From assembly GCA_052279835.1 (NCBI GenBank), contig CP181291.1, positions 1,088,001-1,152,000 on the forward strand: a DNA stretch of 64,000 nt, in the 5' to 3' direction. The position numbers were made by a program, and so were the translations under genes. The notes under the pieces were generated by a model. The model had not been told where the DNA came from, did not search any database, and saw only the letters and a list, made by a program, of their open reading frames with translations. This DNA is from Microcoleus sp. (lineage in GTDB: Bacteria; Cyanobacteriota; Cyanobacteriia; Cyanobacteriales; Microcoleaceae). Positions 53,937-64,000 of the stretch are shown piece after piece. The stretch's first letter is position 1, and the number at the start of each line of letters is the position of its first letter.

Positions 53937-54653
53937 TCAAAGGGCTGGACAGTAATTGCAGTAATTATTCATCTTGATTGATTCTGATTCCTCTTTCTTA
54001 GCTGGACAACCTCGCTGAGATGTTTTTTTGTTGGGCATCCGGGCACCACATAAATTGGCATCTTTGAGATTGGCTTTAATCAATCTAGCATCGCTGAGGT
54101 TGGCATTCCTGAGATCTACACCAGTGAGATTTGCACCAGTTAAATCCGCTTCTGTCAGATCCGCACCGCTGAGATTTGCACCAGTTAAATCAGCATTCCT
54201 GAGATCGGTCCCACTTAGTTGAGATGCACTCAAATTCGTACATTTTAAATTAGTAAACTGGAGAGAAGCCTCTCTCAGAGAACTCTCGCTGAGGTTAGCA
54301 TTTTCTAAGTTCGCTCCCCTGATGTCAGCCCTGCTGATGTTAGCTTTGCTGATGTCAGCGTTGGTCAAAAAGGCATTTCTCATGTTGGCGTTGTTTAAAT
54401 TAGCTTCCATTAAATCAGCCCCGGTTAAATCAGCATCAATCAGGTCTGCCCTGCTCAGGATGGCACCGCTTAAATCAACTCCAAACAGGTCTGCACGGTT
54501 CAAGGAAGCTCCAAATAGGTCGCATCCTGGACATCCTCTGGTTTCTAACAGTCGCTGGACTAGGGACAAATTTTGAGCTGGTAAGGGAACTGCTGCGAAA
54601 AATGGTAGCAGCACTATTGCTGCTGTCAGAATAGTCCGTTGGATTTTGGTCAT
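53937..54653 (-). CDS. Pentapeptide repeat protein with signal peptide
   Basis: A(D/N)Lxx repeats; LLETRGCPGCDL N-cap. Confidence 0.92.
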   Translation of the reverse strand: MTKIQRTILTAAIVLLPFFAAVPLPAQNLSLVQRLLETRGCPGCDLFGASLNRADLFGVDLSGAILSRADLIDADLTGADLMEANLNNANMRNAFLTNADISKANISRADIRGANLENANLSESSLREASLQFTNLKCTNLSASQLSGTDLRNADLTGANLSGADLTEADLTGANLTGVDLRNANLSDARLIKANLKDANLCGARMPNKKTSQRGCPAKKEESESIKMNNYCNYCPAL

Positions 54654-55059
54654 AGCAAATATTACTTACGTAGTTCGGGTGAAAGTTCCGGTAACAGTAG
54701 AGGTTTCAGGGTGGGCTAGAATATCTGAGCCATCAGCAGTCTCAGCAATCAAAGGGTTCTCCATGTAGGGGTTACACCCCCTCGAACAAACGAATTTAGA
54801 GTACAAAGGAGGAATATTTATACTCTGTTAAGTTTTGTTTTACTACGGAGGGTAATGGTCTGCGTACAGGTGTTGAGTAACTAAGCCAATTGGCTTAGAG
54901 TCTTTAGACATATTGCTGATGCCTTGGCTTCTAGAAAAAAGATAGCATTCTTGTGTAATCGCCGAAATAATACTGAGTACAAAAGTATAAAAAAGTACGG
55001 CTAGTAAACGGCGGGTGTGCAAATTGATTAAAGCTAACACTTTCAGACGAGGAGAACAA

Positions 55060-55713
55060 ATGTCTACTAGCATAGATGAACTGGCAGAAGGCGGCCGTGG
55101 TATTAAACTCATGTGGCAGATTGCAGACAAGCTAAGTTACACCCGCACTTGCGAGGGTCGCAATTGTTTGTTACTGAGTAAAAGTTACGACGCAGAGGGC
55201 CGTGTTCGACACAAAACAAATCAAAAAGCCAGTGCTTTAGATGGCTTACTAAATTTTTTAAATCGGTGGGACTGGCTGGATATAGAACAACAGGAAGAAG
55301 TATTAGACGATATTCCCGTGAGAACTCTTAACCTGGAAGTAAATACTGATTTGAATGATGTAACTAAAGTTTTCGAGTTGTTTGAGCAGTTGCAGGATTT
55401 ATCGTTTCCTAGTGAGACTTGGTACGCGCTTCAGCTAGCAGTGGTTGAAGGTTTCACTAATGCAGTTCGTCACGCTCACAAAAATCTGCCCGTTGAAACT
55501 CCTATTCAACTGGAAGTCATGGTTTTTCACGGACGCTTGGAGTTCTTAATTTGGGATTGTGGAGTGTATTTTGATTTGGATGCTAAAATCACAGAATTCA
55601 TGCTGGAAGATAGAAAACAATGCTTGAATTTAGATAACTTCAGCGATCATTCCTTGATTTCTCCTAGCAAAAAAAACAGTTTTGTCAACTCTCTGTTTCT
55701 GATTGCTGGATAA
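55060..55713 (+). CDS. RsbW-like anti-sigma factor kinase (HATPase), apparently circularly permuted
   Basis: AGGAGA RBS before ATG 55060; EGGRG..LM..IAD.LSY...RNCL comes first, and EGFTNAVRHA / IWDCG..FD come later. Confidence 0.75.
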   Translation: MSTSIDELAEGGRGIKLMWQIADKLSYTRTCEGRNCLLLSKSYDAEGRVRHKTNQKASALDGLLNFLNRWDWLDIEQQEEVLDDIPVRTLNLEVNTDLNDVTKVFELFEQLQDLSFPSETWYALQLAVVEGFTNAVRHAHKNLPVETPIQLEVMVFHGRLEFLIWDCGVYFDLDAKITEFMLEDRKQCLNLDNFSDHSLISPSKKNSFVNSLFLIAG

Positions 55714-56019
55714 AGATGTTATACATAGCAATCAAGAGAATACCTTCTTTGAAAGTATTCTTGAATAAGAACGGTGCTTAGGGGAAGATTTATCGGTTTT
55801 GTCTGTGGGTTTTGTCGGTAGATGGGAAGGAGTTTTACATACTGCCTTAGTGTTGTGAGTTTTGGTAAAATCTACGGTGCTTGGGTGAGTCTGTAGATCT
55901 TTGATGGAAAATGGTGCATCTTTGAAATTAAATATTAAAATTTTAAAATTATTGTCAATAATCTTAAAATTTTGATTTATCATGGTATGTGGTCAATCAC
56001 CAATTACTAACGACCGCTA

Positions 56020-56319
56020 ATGATTGCTAAGGAAAATTTATTTGTTTTGTCTCTGTTTCCCTACTTGGGATTTCTGTGGTTTTTGACTAAATCGGGAAAA
56101 ACACCACGTTTAGCTCTGATAGGGTTTTATGGCACTCTTGTGTTTGTGGGTGTGACGATTCCCGCGGCAATTTATGCAAAAGTTGCTTATAACGAATCCC
56201 TAGCCAATGTTGACTGGCTTCACGGTTCAGCGGAATTATTCTTAACAATTGCGAATATTTTAGTAGTTTTAGGATTTAGGGAAGCGGTGATTAAAGCCAA
56301 AGAATCTTCACCGGAATAG
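56020..56319 (+). CDS. DUF3593 family membrane protein
   Basis: LF.LSLFPYLGFLWFL, LANVDWLHGSAE.FLT..N...LGF. Confidence 0.85.
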   Translation: MIAKENLFVLSLFPYLGFLWFLTKSGKTPRLALIGFYGTLVFVGVTIPAAIYAKVAYNESLANVDWLHGSAELFLTIANILVVLGFREAVIKAKESSPE

Positions 56320-56324
56320 TTTCT

Positions 56325-56445
56325 GGGTGCATCTCAATTTGGCAAATATATTCGTAGGGGCGAAGTATGACCGCAGACAATTTATTAGTGATAACCAGAG
56401 ATTTACAGCGGTCATGCTTCGCCTATGCAAAATCGGGATGCTCCC
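56325..56445. mobile_element. 121-bp MITE with 8-bp target site duplication
   Basis: Ends GGGTGCATCTCAATTT / AAATCGGGATGCTCCC; TAGTTTCT at 56317-56324 and 56446-56453. Confidence 0.85.
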
Positions 56446-56576
56446 TAGTTTCTCAAGAGTGAAGGGATTTATCGGTGGGAGTAACAAAAAGCCAAAAGGC
56501 ACAATGCAGAAAAACAAAGTGTTTTAGTCTTTTTTATTTCACTTTTGAGGATGTGGATTTACTATTTCTGCTATCT

Positions 56577-59500
56577 CTAAAAGGGATGGATTGCCGTTGG
56601 TGATGATTGGGTGAGATAGTTGAGATACCGAGAAATGCGATCGGGTTCTGTACCCAGTAAACGACTAGCCCAAGAGTGTAAGTTTAGTCGATCGCGCATT
56701 TCTCGAAATACGAGAACATCTCCCTGATTATTCAGGGGAAAAATGCGAGCATCAAATCCAGCAGACTTAAGACGGCTAACAGTTTCTTCGCCATCTTGCA
56801 CCCACAATTGAGGGCTAATGCGAAGAGGTTGACAGGAATATTCACCTACCACAATTCCCCCCACTGAAACGCTACCATCTTGTCCTCGATTGGAAAGTTC
56901 TTGCAAAATAGCTTTGAGAGAATTCAATTTTTTGGTATCTTTTATTTGCTGGGGTGTCAAGTTAATAATCACAATTTGTAAAACTGCTACTGGTTTTGGT
57001 ACTTGTACCCTGTTGAGTGGTTCGGTTTCCCAAGTTTTTGGCTCTTCTAATTCTAAGGGATTTGTTTCTTCTCCAGTTTCTACTGCTGTTAATGGTTTAG
57101 CACCGTCTACAATTATCTGAATTTCCTCCCCATCTTTCTCAATTTTTCCACTAATCAGTAACACAGCATTCTCTGTAATATGGGAGCCAATCTGTTCGTA
57201 AGTTTTGGGAAATACCACAGCTTTGACTTGACTGGTTAAATCTTCTAATTGCAAAATTGCCATTTTCTCACCTTTTTTAGTAACTACGGGTTTGATAGCA
57301 CTAATCATGGCAATAACTGAGACTTTTCCCTTCTTTTCGGCTAGTTGCTGGAGAGTAATGACATCGGGTTCTTGGTTTACTAAGAGCAGTATTTTTAGGG
57401 GATGTTCTGATACATAAAAGCCGAGCAATTCTTTTTCATATCGCAACTTTTCTTGTGCATCGAAATCTTTGACTATTTTAGATTTTGGCGCAGACTCATA
57501 CTTATTCGCAGACTTCCCAAAGCTCGTCCCACCTAACAAGTCAAATAGATTACCTTGACCGCTTTCTCGGTCTTTTTTCCGGTCTTGGGCCCATTTAATT
57601 ACCCCTTCCATGTCGTTGATTAATTGCTGGCGGTTCTTCTCAATTTTGTCAAAGGCCCCGCATTGAATTAATGCTTCTAAAGCGCGGCGGTTGACAGCAT
57701 GAAGATTGACGCGATCGCACAAATCGGGTAAAGATTTAAAATCCCCCCCTTCCTGTCGCGCAGCTAAAATATTTTCAATTGCACCCTCACCCACATTTTT
57801 GACCGCGGAAATTCCAAACAAAATTTTATCTTTTGCAGGTGGTTTCATCTTGATCGGTGTAAATGTCAGTTCAGAACTATTGATATCCGGCGGCTCTACT
57901 TCGATACCCAGTTTGAGACAATTAGCGATATATCTCTGTACTTTATCCTGGTCGCCACTGTTAGCAGTCAGCAGTGCAGCCATATATTCTACAGGAAAAT
58001 TTGCCTTTAAATAAGCAGTTTGATAAGTGATGTAGGCATAGGCCATTGAATGGGATTTATTAAAGCAATATTCCGCGAAATTCAGCATTTGATCGAACAA
58101 TTCTTCGGCAATTTTTTGAGGGACACCATTTTTAGTTGCCCCATCAATAAATGTTTCCTTTTGCTTCTGCATTTCCTCCGCTTTTTTCTTACCCATGGCG
58201 CGGCGCAGCAAGTCAGCTTGACCCAAAGAATATCCGGCTAAATCTTGAGCCATCCGCATAATTTGCTCTTGGAAACAAAGCGTTCCATAAGTCTCTTTTA
58301 AAATCGGTTCTAACAGTGGATGGTCGTATTTAACGACCTCTCTCCCGTGTTTGCGATCGATAAATTGTGGAATCAAACCAGCATCCAGCGGGCCGGGACG
58401 ATAAAGTGCCAGAATAGAAGAAATATCATCCAGACAAGAAGGTTTAATTTTTTTTACTACATCCAGCATCCCAGAAGATTCTAACTGAAAAATACCTTCT
58501 AAATCTCCTTTTTCTAAGAGTTTATAAGTTTTTGCTACATCACCTGGCAACTTGTTGTTTCTAGTAAATGTCTCTTGAGCTCTGCGTTCTATATCAGAAG
58601 GCAGCCCTTCGGCATCGATGGTTATATCTTGCGTTTGCTTAACATAATCAACGGTTTTTTGGAGGGTTGTTAAATTCTTGAGTCCCAAAAAATCCATTTT
58701 CAGTAACCCCAAAAATTCCAAATCTTCCATGAAATATTGGGTAATCACAGCACCTTCGTTATTCTTTTGCAGCGGTACAATTTCATCTAGGGGTTGGGAA
58801 GAAATCACCACACCGGCGGCGTGAACGCCATAGGTTTTGTTGGTTCCTTCAATGCGAATTGCCATGTCAATCCACTGACGGACGGGGACTTCGCTGCCAG
58901 TTTCTGGATTGATGCAAATTGTGTTTTCGTAGTTGTCTCTAAATTCCTGTGCAGGTGTTTCACCGGAAATCATCACTTTCAGTTTTTCTGGTTTTCCCCG
59001 CGACACCGGAATCATTTTTGCCATTTCGTCTGCTTTTTTGTAGGGAATACCTAAAACTCTGGCAACATCTTTCAAGACAGCTTTTGATGTCATTCTATTA
59101 AAGGTGATGATTTGCGCTACGCGGTCTTCTCCATATTTTTCGGTCACGTATTTAATCATGTCATCCCGTCTTTCGATGCAGAAATCGCTATCAATATCTG
59201 GCATTGATTTGCGTTCGGGATTGAGAAATCGCTCGAATAGTAACCCGTGGTGTACGGGGTCTATGTTGGTAATTTTGAGGACGTAGGCAACTAGAGAACC
59301 TGCGGCCGAACCGCGTCCTGGTCCGACGGGAATATTGTGATCTCTGGCGTATTTAATGTAGTCCCAAACTACTAAAAAGTATTCTGAAAATCCCATTTGC
59401 TGAAGCATTTTCAGTTCGTATTCTAGCCTTTGTTTGTAGACGGGAGGAATTTCATTTTTGGTGCGGGATTTGAGGCGTTCTAGTAGTCCTTGCCAGGATA

Positions 59501-60419
59501 TTTCTTCTACATAGGTATCGGCGGTATGTTCTGGGGGAATTGGAATGGTGGGAATCCGAGCTTCTCCTGTTAAGTCATATCTTGATACTTTGTTTGCTAC
59601 TTCTAGGGTATTTTCGATCGCCTCTTGGATCGTTTCAGCATCCAAATGGTCTTGGAATAGTTGCGCCATCTCGTCAGCCGACTTCAAATACTCTGTGCCG
59701 CTGTAGCGCATCCGCTTTTCTTCTTCTATTAGTTTATTGGTGTTGATGCACAACAAAGCGTCGTGAGCTTCTACGTCGTTGCAAGAAATATAGTGAGAAT
59801 CATTGGTGGCGACTATTTTAATGTTTAGTTCGCGAGCAATTTTGACAATTTCTACATTTACAAGTCTGTCTTCTTGGGAACCGTGGTCTTGTATTTCTAA
59901 GTAGTAATCTTCGCCAAATACTTCTTGATACCATTTGGCGACTTCACGGGCGACATCTAGCTTTCCTTGCATGATCATTTGGGGGACTTCTCCACCCAAA
60001 CAAGCGCTGGTAACAATTAGGCCTTCTGAGTATTGTTTTAGGAGTTCTTTGTTGATGCAAGGGCGGGCAAAAATTCCTCTTTCTGGCATTCCCTTTAAAT
60101 GGGAAATTGTAGTTAATTTAACTAAGTTTTTATAACCTTGGGTGTTTTTTGCTAAAACAACTTGATGGTATTTTCTTCTACCTCGAACTTTTACTTCTAT
60201 GTCGCCGTTGACAACGTACATTTCGTTGCCAATAATGGGCTTAATATTTTTATTTCGACAAACTTTGATCAGTTCGATCGCCCCATACATGACTCCGTGA
60301 TCCGTAAGGGCGATCGCGGGCATCCCCAATTCCACCGCCCGCTCTGCTAGCTGTTGTAGCTGAGATGCCCCGTCTAGCAGGCTGTAATCGCTGTGAATGT
60401 GCAAACCAACGAAAGACAT
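56577..60419 (-). CDS. dnaE: DNA polymerase III alpha subunit, contiguous and intein-less
   Basis: PHP domain [39 protein letters not shown]-fold C-terminus. Confidence 0.97.
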   Translation of the reverse strand: MSFVGLHIHSDYSLLDGASQLQQLAERAVELGMPAIALTDHGVMYGAIELIKVCRNKNIKPIIGNEMYVVNGDIEVKVRGRRKYHQVVLAKNTQGYKNLVKLTTISHLKGMPERGIFARPCINKELLKQYSEGLIVTSACLGGEVPQMIMQGKLDVAREVAKWYQEVFGEDYYLEIQDHGSQEDRLVNVEIVKIARELNIKIVATNDSHYISCNDVEAHDALLCINTNKLIEEEKRMRYSGTEYLKSADEMAQLFQDHLDAETIQEAIENTLEVANKVSRYDLTGEARIPTIPIPPEHTADTYVEEISWQGLLERLKSRTKNEIPPVYKQRLEYELKMLQQMGFSEYFLVVWDYIKYARDHNIPVGPGRGSAAGSLVAYVLKITNIDPVHHGLLFERFLNPERKSMPDIDSDFCIERRDDMIKYVTEKYGEDRVAQIITFNRMTSKAVLKDVARVLGIPYKKADEMAKMIPVSRGKPEKLKVMISGETPAQEFRDNYENTICINPETGSEVPVRQWIDMAIRIEGTNKTYGVHAAGVVISSQPLDEIVPLQKNNEGAVITQYFMEDLEFLGLLKMDFLGLKNLTTLQKTVDYVKQTQDITIDAEGLPSDIERRAQETFTRNNKLPGDVAKTYKLLEKGDLEGIFQLESSGMLDVVKKIKPSCLDDISSILALYRPGPLDAGLIPQFIDRKHGREVVKYDHPLLEPILKETYGTLCFQEQIMRMAQDLAGYSLGQADLLRRAMGKKKAEEMQKQKETFIDGATKNGVPQKIAEELFDQMLNFAEYCFNKSHSMAYAYITYQTAYLKANFPVEYMAALLTANSGDQDKVQRYIANCLKLGIEVEPPDINSSELTFTPIKMKPPAKDKILFGISAVKNVGEGAIENILAARQEGGDFKSLPDLCDRVNLHAVNRRALEALIQCGAFDKIEKNRQQLINDMEGVIKWAQDRKKDRESGQGNLFDLLGGTSFGKSANKYESAPKSKIVKDFDAQEKLRYEKELLGFYVSEHPLKILLLVNQEPDVITLQQLAEKKGKVSVIAMISAIKPVVTKKGEKMAILQLEDLTSQVKAVVFPKTYEQIGSHITENAVLLISGKIEKDGEEIQIIVDGAKPLTAVETGEETNPLELEEPKTWETEPLNRVQVPKPVAVLQIVIINLTPQQIKDTKKLNSLKAILQELSNRGQDGSVSVGGIVVGEYSCQPLRISPQLWVQDGEETVSRLKSAGFDARIFPLNNQGDVLVFREMRDRLNLHSWASRLLGTEPDRISRYLNYLTQSSPTAIHPF

Positions 60420-60691
60420 AGGGATTTAAGATATGAGGTCTGAGATTTTAGATTGTACACCATGGGGGGAGAGAAAAGTCAAATAAAAAAATTTGGCAGT
60501 CGTTCGTTATTCTTTTGTATAGTGGGCATCGATCGCATTACTAAATATCGATCTAATTTTATAAAATAGTTTCTGTCAAGGGAGTATTACTAGCTTGGCA
60601 GGGGAGTAAAAATCAGACTGTTTTTAACAGTTAAATTGTCACCAATGTTGCCAAGATAGTGATATGTTTGAAAATATTTACCCCCTGTTTT

Positions 60692-61009
60692 TTAATCTTG
60701 AATTTTTACGGAGGGTGTTTGAGCCGATCGCCAAATCCACCAAGCAGCCGCCCATAGAGTAAAATTGCCGATGAGAGTCATGGCGGCTTGCAGGGTAACA
60801 ATCCATTCTAGGGCTGGAGAGTTATCAAAATAGTGCCATGTACAGGCACACATAGCGCTCACGAGGGCGGGTAACATCGCGGCGGAAAGGGCCCACCAAG
60901 CTCGGTTGTGAGTAACTTCGCCGTAGGTCCAAATTAACCAGATGGCGACAATCCACTCGACGACACTAGAGATGTGAATAATCCAGGTGGGAATTGACAA
61001 AGCGTGCAT
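60692..61009 (-). CDS. DUF2499 (Ycf49-like) membrane protein
   Basis: MHALSIPTWIIHISSV.EW, AMCACTWH. Confidence 0.85.
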   Translation of the reverse strand: MHALSIPTWIIHISSVVEWIVAIWLIWTYGEVTHNRAWWALSAAMLPALVSAMCACTWHYFDNSPALEWIVTLQAAMTLIGNFTLWAAAWWIWRSAQTPSVKIQD

Positions 61010-61097
61010 TGTTTGTATTCTGAAATAAGATGCAAGATGTATTGATTAGATATTGTAATAGTTAGATTCCCCATCGTAAACTAAGAAAAAAGTAAAA

Positions 61098-62144
61098 ATG
61101 CGAGCAATTTTGTGCGGCTATTACGGTAAAGGCAACGGTGGCGACGAGGCGCTATTAGCCTCGCTACTGCAAATGTTACCAGATGATGTGACACCGATCG
61201 TCCTTTCTGGCAATCCTGTGGAGACAAATCAGCGTTACGGTGTAGCTGCGCGCGATCGCATGAATGCCTTTCAAGTCCTCGAAGCACTCCGCACCTCCGA
61301 TGCCCTAATTTGGGGTGGCGGCAGTTTAATCCAAGACACTACTAGCATCATCAGCCCATTTTATTATGGCGGTTTGATGGGATTAGCACAACAAATGGGA
61401 CTAAAAACTGTGGCTTGGGCCCAGGGAATTGGGCCTTTGAATCGAGATATTACCCGTAAGTTATCTCAGCGGTGTTTTGCTGGATGTACGGCGGTTAGCG
61501 TGCGGGATAAAGGCTCTGCTACCCTGCTAGCAGATTGGGAAATTCCCTTTACTTTAGCGCCCGATCCGGTGTGGGCTTTGGAAAATTCACCAGTGTCGGG
61601 TTTGTGGGATTTACCAGCGCCCAGAGTTGCGGTTTGTTTGCGATCGCATCCTAGCCTAACTCCCGCTCGGTTATCTATCTTAACTCAAGCTTTAGTAGAC
61701 TTTCAAAAAGCCACCCGCACGTTAATTTTATTGCTACCATTTCAAGCTTCCCAAGACTTAGAAATTGCCAAACATTTGCATGAAGCATTAGCGAAAAGGA
61801 GTCGGATTCTGAGTTTAGACGATCCAAGAAAATTGAAAGGACTATTTCGGGGAGTCGAAATGGTGATCGGGATGCGCTACCATAGTTTAATTATGGCAGC
61901 TTCAGAAGAATGTCGCTGTTTTGCCCTCAGCTACGATCCGAAAGTTAGTCAGTTGATGGACGAGTTAGAAATGCCGGGATATTTATTATCAGACTTGCCA
62001 GACGATCCTTATTTAATCAGTAAAATCTGGATCGAACACTATGCTAACGGCGACGCCTTATCGCCAGACAGGATAAAATTTATAGTAGGGCGATCGCTCT
62101 TTCATCAAGAAGTATTGAAAACCGCACTCCAGCAGTCTCAATAA
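61098..62144 (+). CDS. csaB: Polysaccharide pyruvyl transferase
   Basis: GYYGKGNGGDEA, WGGGSLIQD, AQGIGP, SVRD, GMRYH, SYDPKV. Confidence 0.92.
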   Translation: MRAILCGYYGKGNGGDEALLASLLQMLPDDVTPIVLSGNPVETNQRYGVAARDRMNAFQVLEALRTSDALIWGGGSLIQDTTSIISPFYYGGLMGLAQQMGLKTVAWAQGIGPLNRDITRKLSQRCFAGCTAVSVRDKGSATLLADWEIPFTLAPDPVWALENSPVSGLWDLPAPRVAVCLRSHPSLTPARLSILTQALVDFQKATRTLILLLPFQASQDLEIAKHLHEALAKRSRILSLDDPRKLKGLFRGVEMVIGMRYHSLIMAASEECRCFALSYDPKVSQLMDELEMPGYLLSDLPDDPYLISKIWIEHYANGDALSPDRIKFIVGRSLFHQEVLKTALQQSQ

Positions 62145-62157
62145 GAGGTAAAATACC

Positions 62158-62889
62158 ATGACAGTCAGTACAGCAGACTTGAAAATTACCTGGGAAAAAT
62201 TGCCCGCCGATTTTATTTTAGACGAGGAACCAGTGGAAAACATCGACCAGCCTTTGCTAGCTGCTGCCTTGCGAGAAATCTTAGAAATTGCAGGGCTAAT
62301 AGTAGCAGGAATATTAATTGCTCCAAATATGGGTATTTGTGCGACAGTAGACAGCAAGCTAGTTATCAAAGCTCCAGATTGGTTTTATGCCCGCAACGTA
62401 CAAGCGCTTCCCAGTCAAGAAATTCGCCGCAGTTACACTCCCAACTTAGAAGGGGACATTCCGGCGATCGTGATGGAGTTCTTGTCAGCTAGTCCCAACG
62501 ATGAATATTCAATCAAGCCAAGTTATCCCCCCGGTAAATGGTTTTTTTACGAACAAGTATTGCGAGTTCCAATCTATGCAATCTTTGAACCAGCCGCCGG
62601 AGTGCTAGAAGTCTACCAGTTGGATTCAGGAGGAAGGTATCAAGCACAGCAACCCGATTTAAATGGTCGTTATTGGGTTGCAGGAGTTGGGCTATTTCTG
62701 GGTGTTTGGCAGGGAACAAAAGCGGAAAGAAGCGGATATTGGTTGCGCTGGTGGGATGAAAGCGGACAGATGTTATTGTGGGGAGTAGAGATGGTAGAAA
62801 GGAAAAAGCAAGAAATAGAAATTGTTCAAGAGCGCGGCGATCGACTAGCAGCACAATTAAGAGCAGCAGGCATTGAACCAGAAGCTTGA
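62158..62889 (+). CDS. Uma2 family endonuclease
   Basis: KAPDWFY, IVMEFLS, FYEQVLRVP.Y, WLRWWD, LAAQLR..GIEP tail. Confidence 0.88.
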   Translation: MTVSTADLKITWEKLPADFILDEEPVENIDQPLLAAALREILEIAGLIVAGILIAPNMGICATVDSKLVIKAPDWFYARNVQALPSQEIRRSYTPNLEGDIPAIVMEFLSASPNDEYSIKPSYPPGKWFFYEQVLRVPIYAIFEPAAGVLEVYQLDSGGRYQAQQPDLNGRYWVAGVGLFLGVWQGTKAERSGYWLRWWDESGQMLLWGVEMVERKKQEIEIVQERGDRLAAQLRAAGIEPEA

Positions 62890-63042
62890 TACAATAATTA
62901 GAAATGAGAAATCGTAATCATGCAATTTTTCATTTCTAATTTGGCGATCGCTAATTAGTGAAAAAGATTAGACTCCTTCGCAAAAATCAATAATTATCAG
63001 CCTTCATCTGCGATTAAAAATCACATTAAGGAGACATCAAAA

Positions 63043-63690
63043 TTGGCAAGAGTTAGAGTTCGGGAACACGTCAATCCCCTATCCATTCGATATCAAGCAT
63101 CCGTAAATCCCCCGGATTGGACAAAAATTTATGCTGACTTAAATTTGCCGCTGCATTTAGATATCGGTTGCGGTAGGGGAAGGTTTTTGTGGCACATGGC
63201 GCAACTCCAAACCGACTGGAATTTTCTGGGATTAGAAATTCGGGAACCTCTGGTAGAAGAGGCGAATGTTTGGCGGGATGAAAAAGGCTTGACAAATCTC
63301 CACTATTTATTTGGCAACGCCAATAGTTCTCTGAAGCCCATTTTAGAAACTTTACCCGCAGGTATTTTGCAGCGAGTTAGCATTCAATTTCCCGATCCTT
63401 GGTTTAAAAACAAACACCATAAACGGCGGGTAGTGCAACCGGAATTAGTCAATGATTTGGCAACCTATTTGGCAATTGGTGGCGAAGTTTTTATGCAATC
63501 TGATATTGAAGAAGTAGAAAGGGAAATGTGCGATCGCTTTTCATCTCACCCTAGTTTTCAGCGTCAAAACAATGGCGAATGGTTAGCAGAAAATCCCCTA
63601 CCTGTGGCGACGGAGAGAGAAATTGGTAGACTCCAACGCGGCGAACCAGTTTATCGAGCATTATATCATAAATGTGGAGCAGCATCTTAA
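63043..63690 (+). CDS. trmB: tRNA (guanine-N7)-methyltransferase
   Basis: [36 protein letters not shown]. Confidence 0.95.
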   Translation: MARVRVREHVNPLSIRYQASVNPPDWTKIYADLNLPLHLDIGCGRGRFLWHMAQLQTDWNFLGLEIREPLVEEANVWRDEKGLTNLHYLFGNANSSLKPILETLPAGILQRVSIQFPDPWFKNKHHKRRVVQPELVNDLATYLAIGGEVFMQSDIEEVEREMCDRFSSHPSFQRQNNGEWLAENPLPVATEREIGRLQRGEPVYRALYHKCGAAS

Positions 63691-63758
63691 ATTAATTAGT
63701 TCCATCTGCGTGCTGTTTATTTGCACCTTTCTACTTAGCATCTGTTAAATTCACTTAA

Positions 63759-64000
63759 TTAAATCCAAGATGGCAGCCACATCCTAATTTTCCATTCAAG
63801 TTCCGACAAAGGGAGTCCCAAATAAATAGGCATCCAGAAAGCAAAACCACCCAAAACCATAAAAATAATTGTCACCGCCATCCCTCGGAGACGATTTTGA
63901 TGACTATTAATCCACCTGTCAACCCACCAAGCAAGTGCCAGCGTTGAAAATACAGAACAACCCATATAATGATACAAAAATACACAACGAGTCACCTTGA
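63759..64000 (-). CDS. Protein O-mannosyltransferase-like glycosyltransferase, 3' end only
   Basis: RCVFLYHY...PIYLGLPLS...RMWLPSWI is a PMT-type C-terminus; the ORF runs off the right edge. Confidence 0.75.
   Translation of the reverse strand, partial: KVTRCVFLYHYMGCSVFSTLALAWWVDRWINSHQNRLRGMAVTIIFMVLGGFAFWMPIYLGLPLSELEWKIRMWLPSWI

Noticed and set aside
55732..55983. 83-aa minus-strand ORF
   Set aside because: AT-rich, low complexity and no recognisable motif; cannot be supported as a gene.

Overview
64-kb window from a filamentous cyanobacterium, most likely Oscillatoriales/Microcoleaceae-like. The call rests on very frequent HIP1 GCGATCGC sites, heptamer STRR repeats, ycf54, gifA, csaB and a cyanobacterial rrn operon with tRNA-Ile/tRNA-Ala in the spacer. 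The backbone is housekeeping and signalling genes: ilvN, argJ, ribF, pdxJ, gatA, dnaE, trmB, csaB, ycf54, MoxR, TldD/PmbA, Tab2, two Ser/Thr kinases, a PAS-GGDEF-EAL protein, a large RTX protein, a branched-chain amino acid ABC operon and a full rRNA operon on the minus strand. Mobile DNA is abundant. An intact TnpB element sits near two extra omegaRNA/right-end copies. An intact IscB+omegaRNA unit has ends that look like an IS607-type (serine recombinase, GG core) element rather than a Y1 hairpin element. An IS630 element carries a CGATCG tandem array upstream of its transposase. There are also nested MITE/REP-like repeats and a HIP1-dense accessory patch (GIY-YIG pair, PIN/RHH TA pair, orphan MNT, Uma2). 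The most notable items are the IscB element ends, an intein-less contiguous dnaE, an unannotated 37-aa IF7-like mini-paralog behind gifA, a stand-alone TnpB omegaRNA in the leader of an MBL hydrolase gene, and an apparently circularly permuted RsbW-like kinase. All family calls come from motif recognition by eye; no database searches were run.
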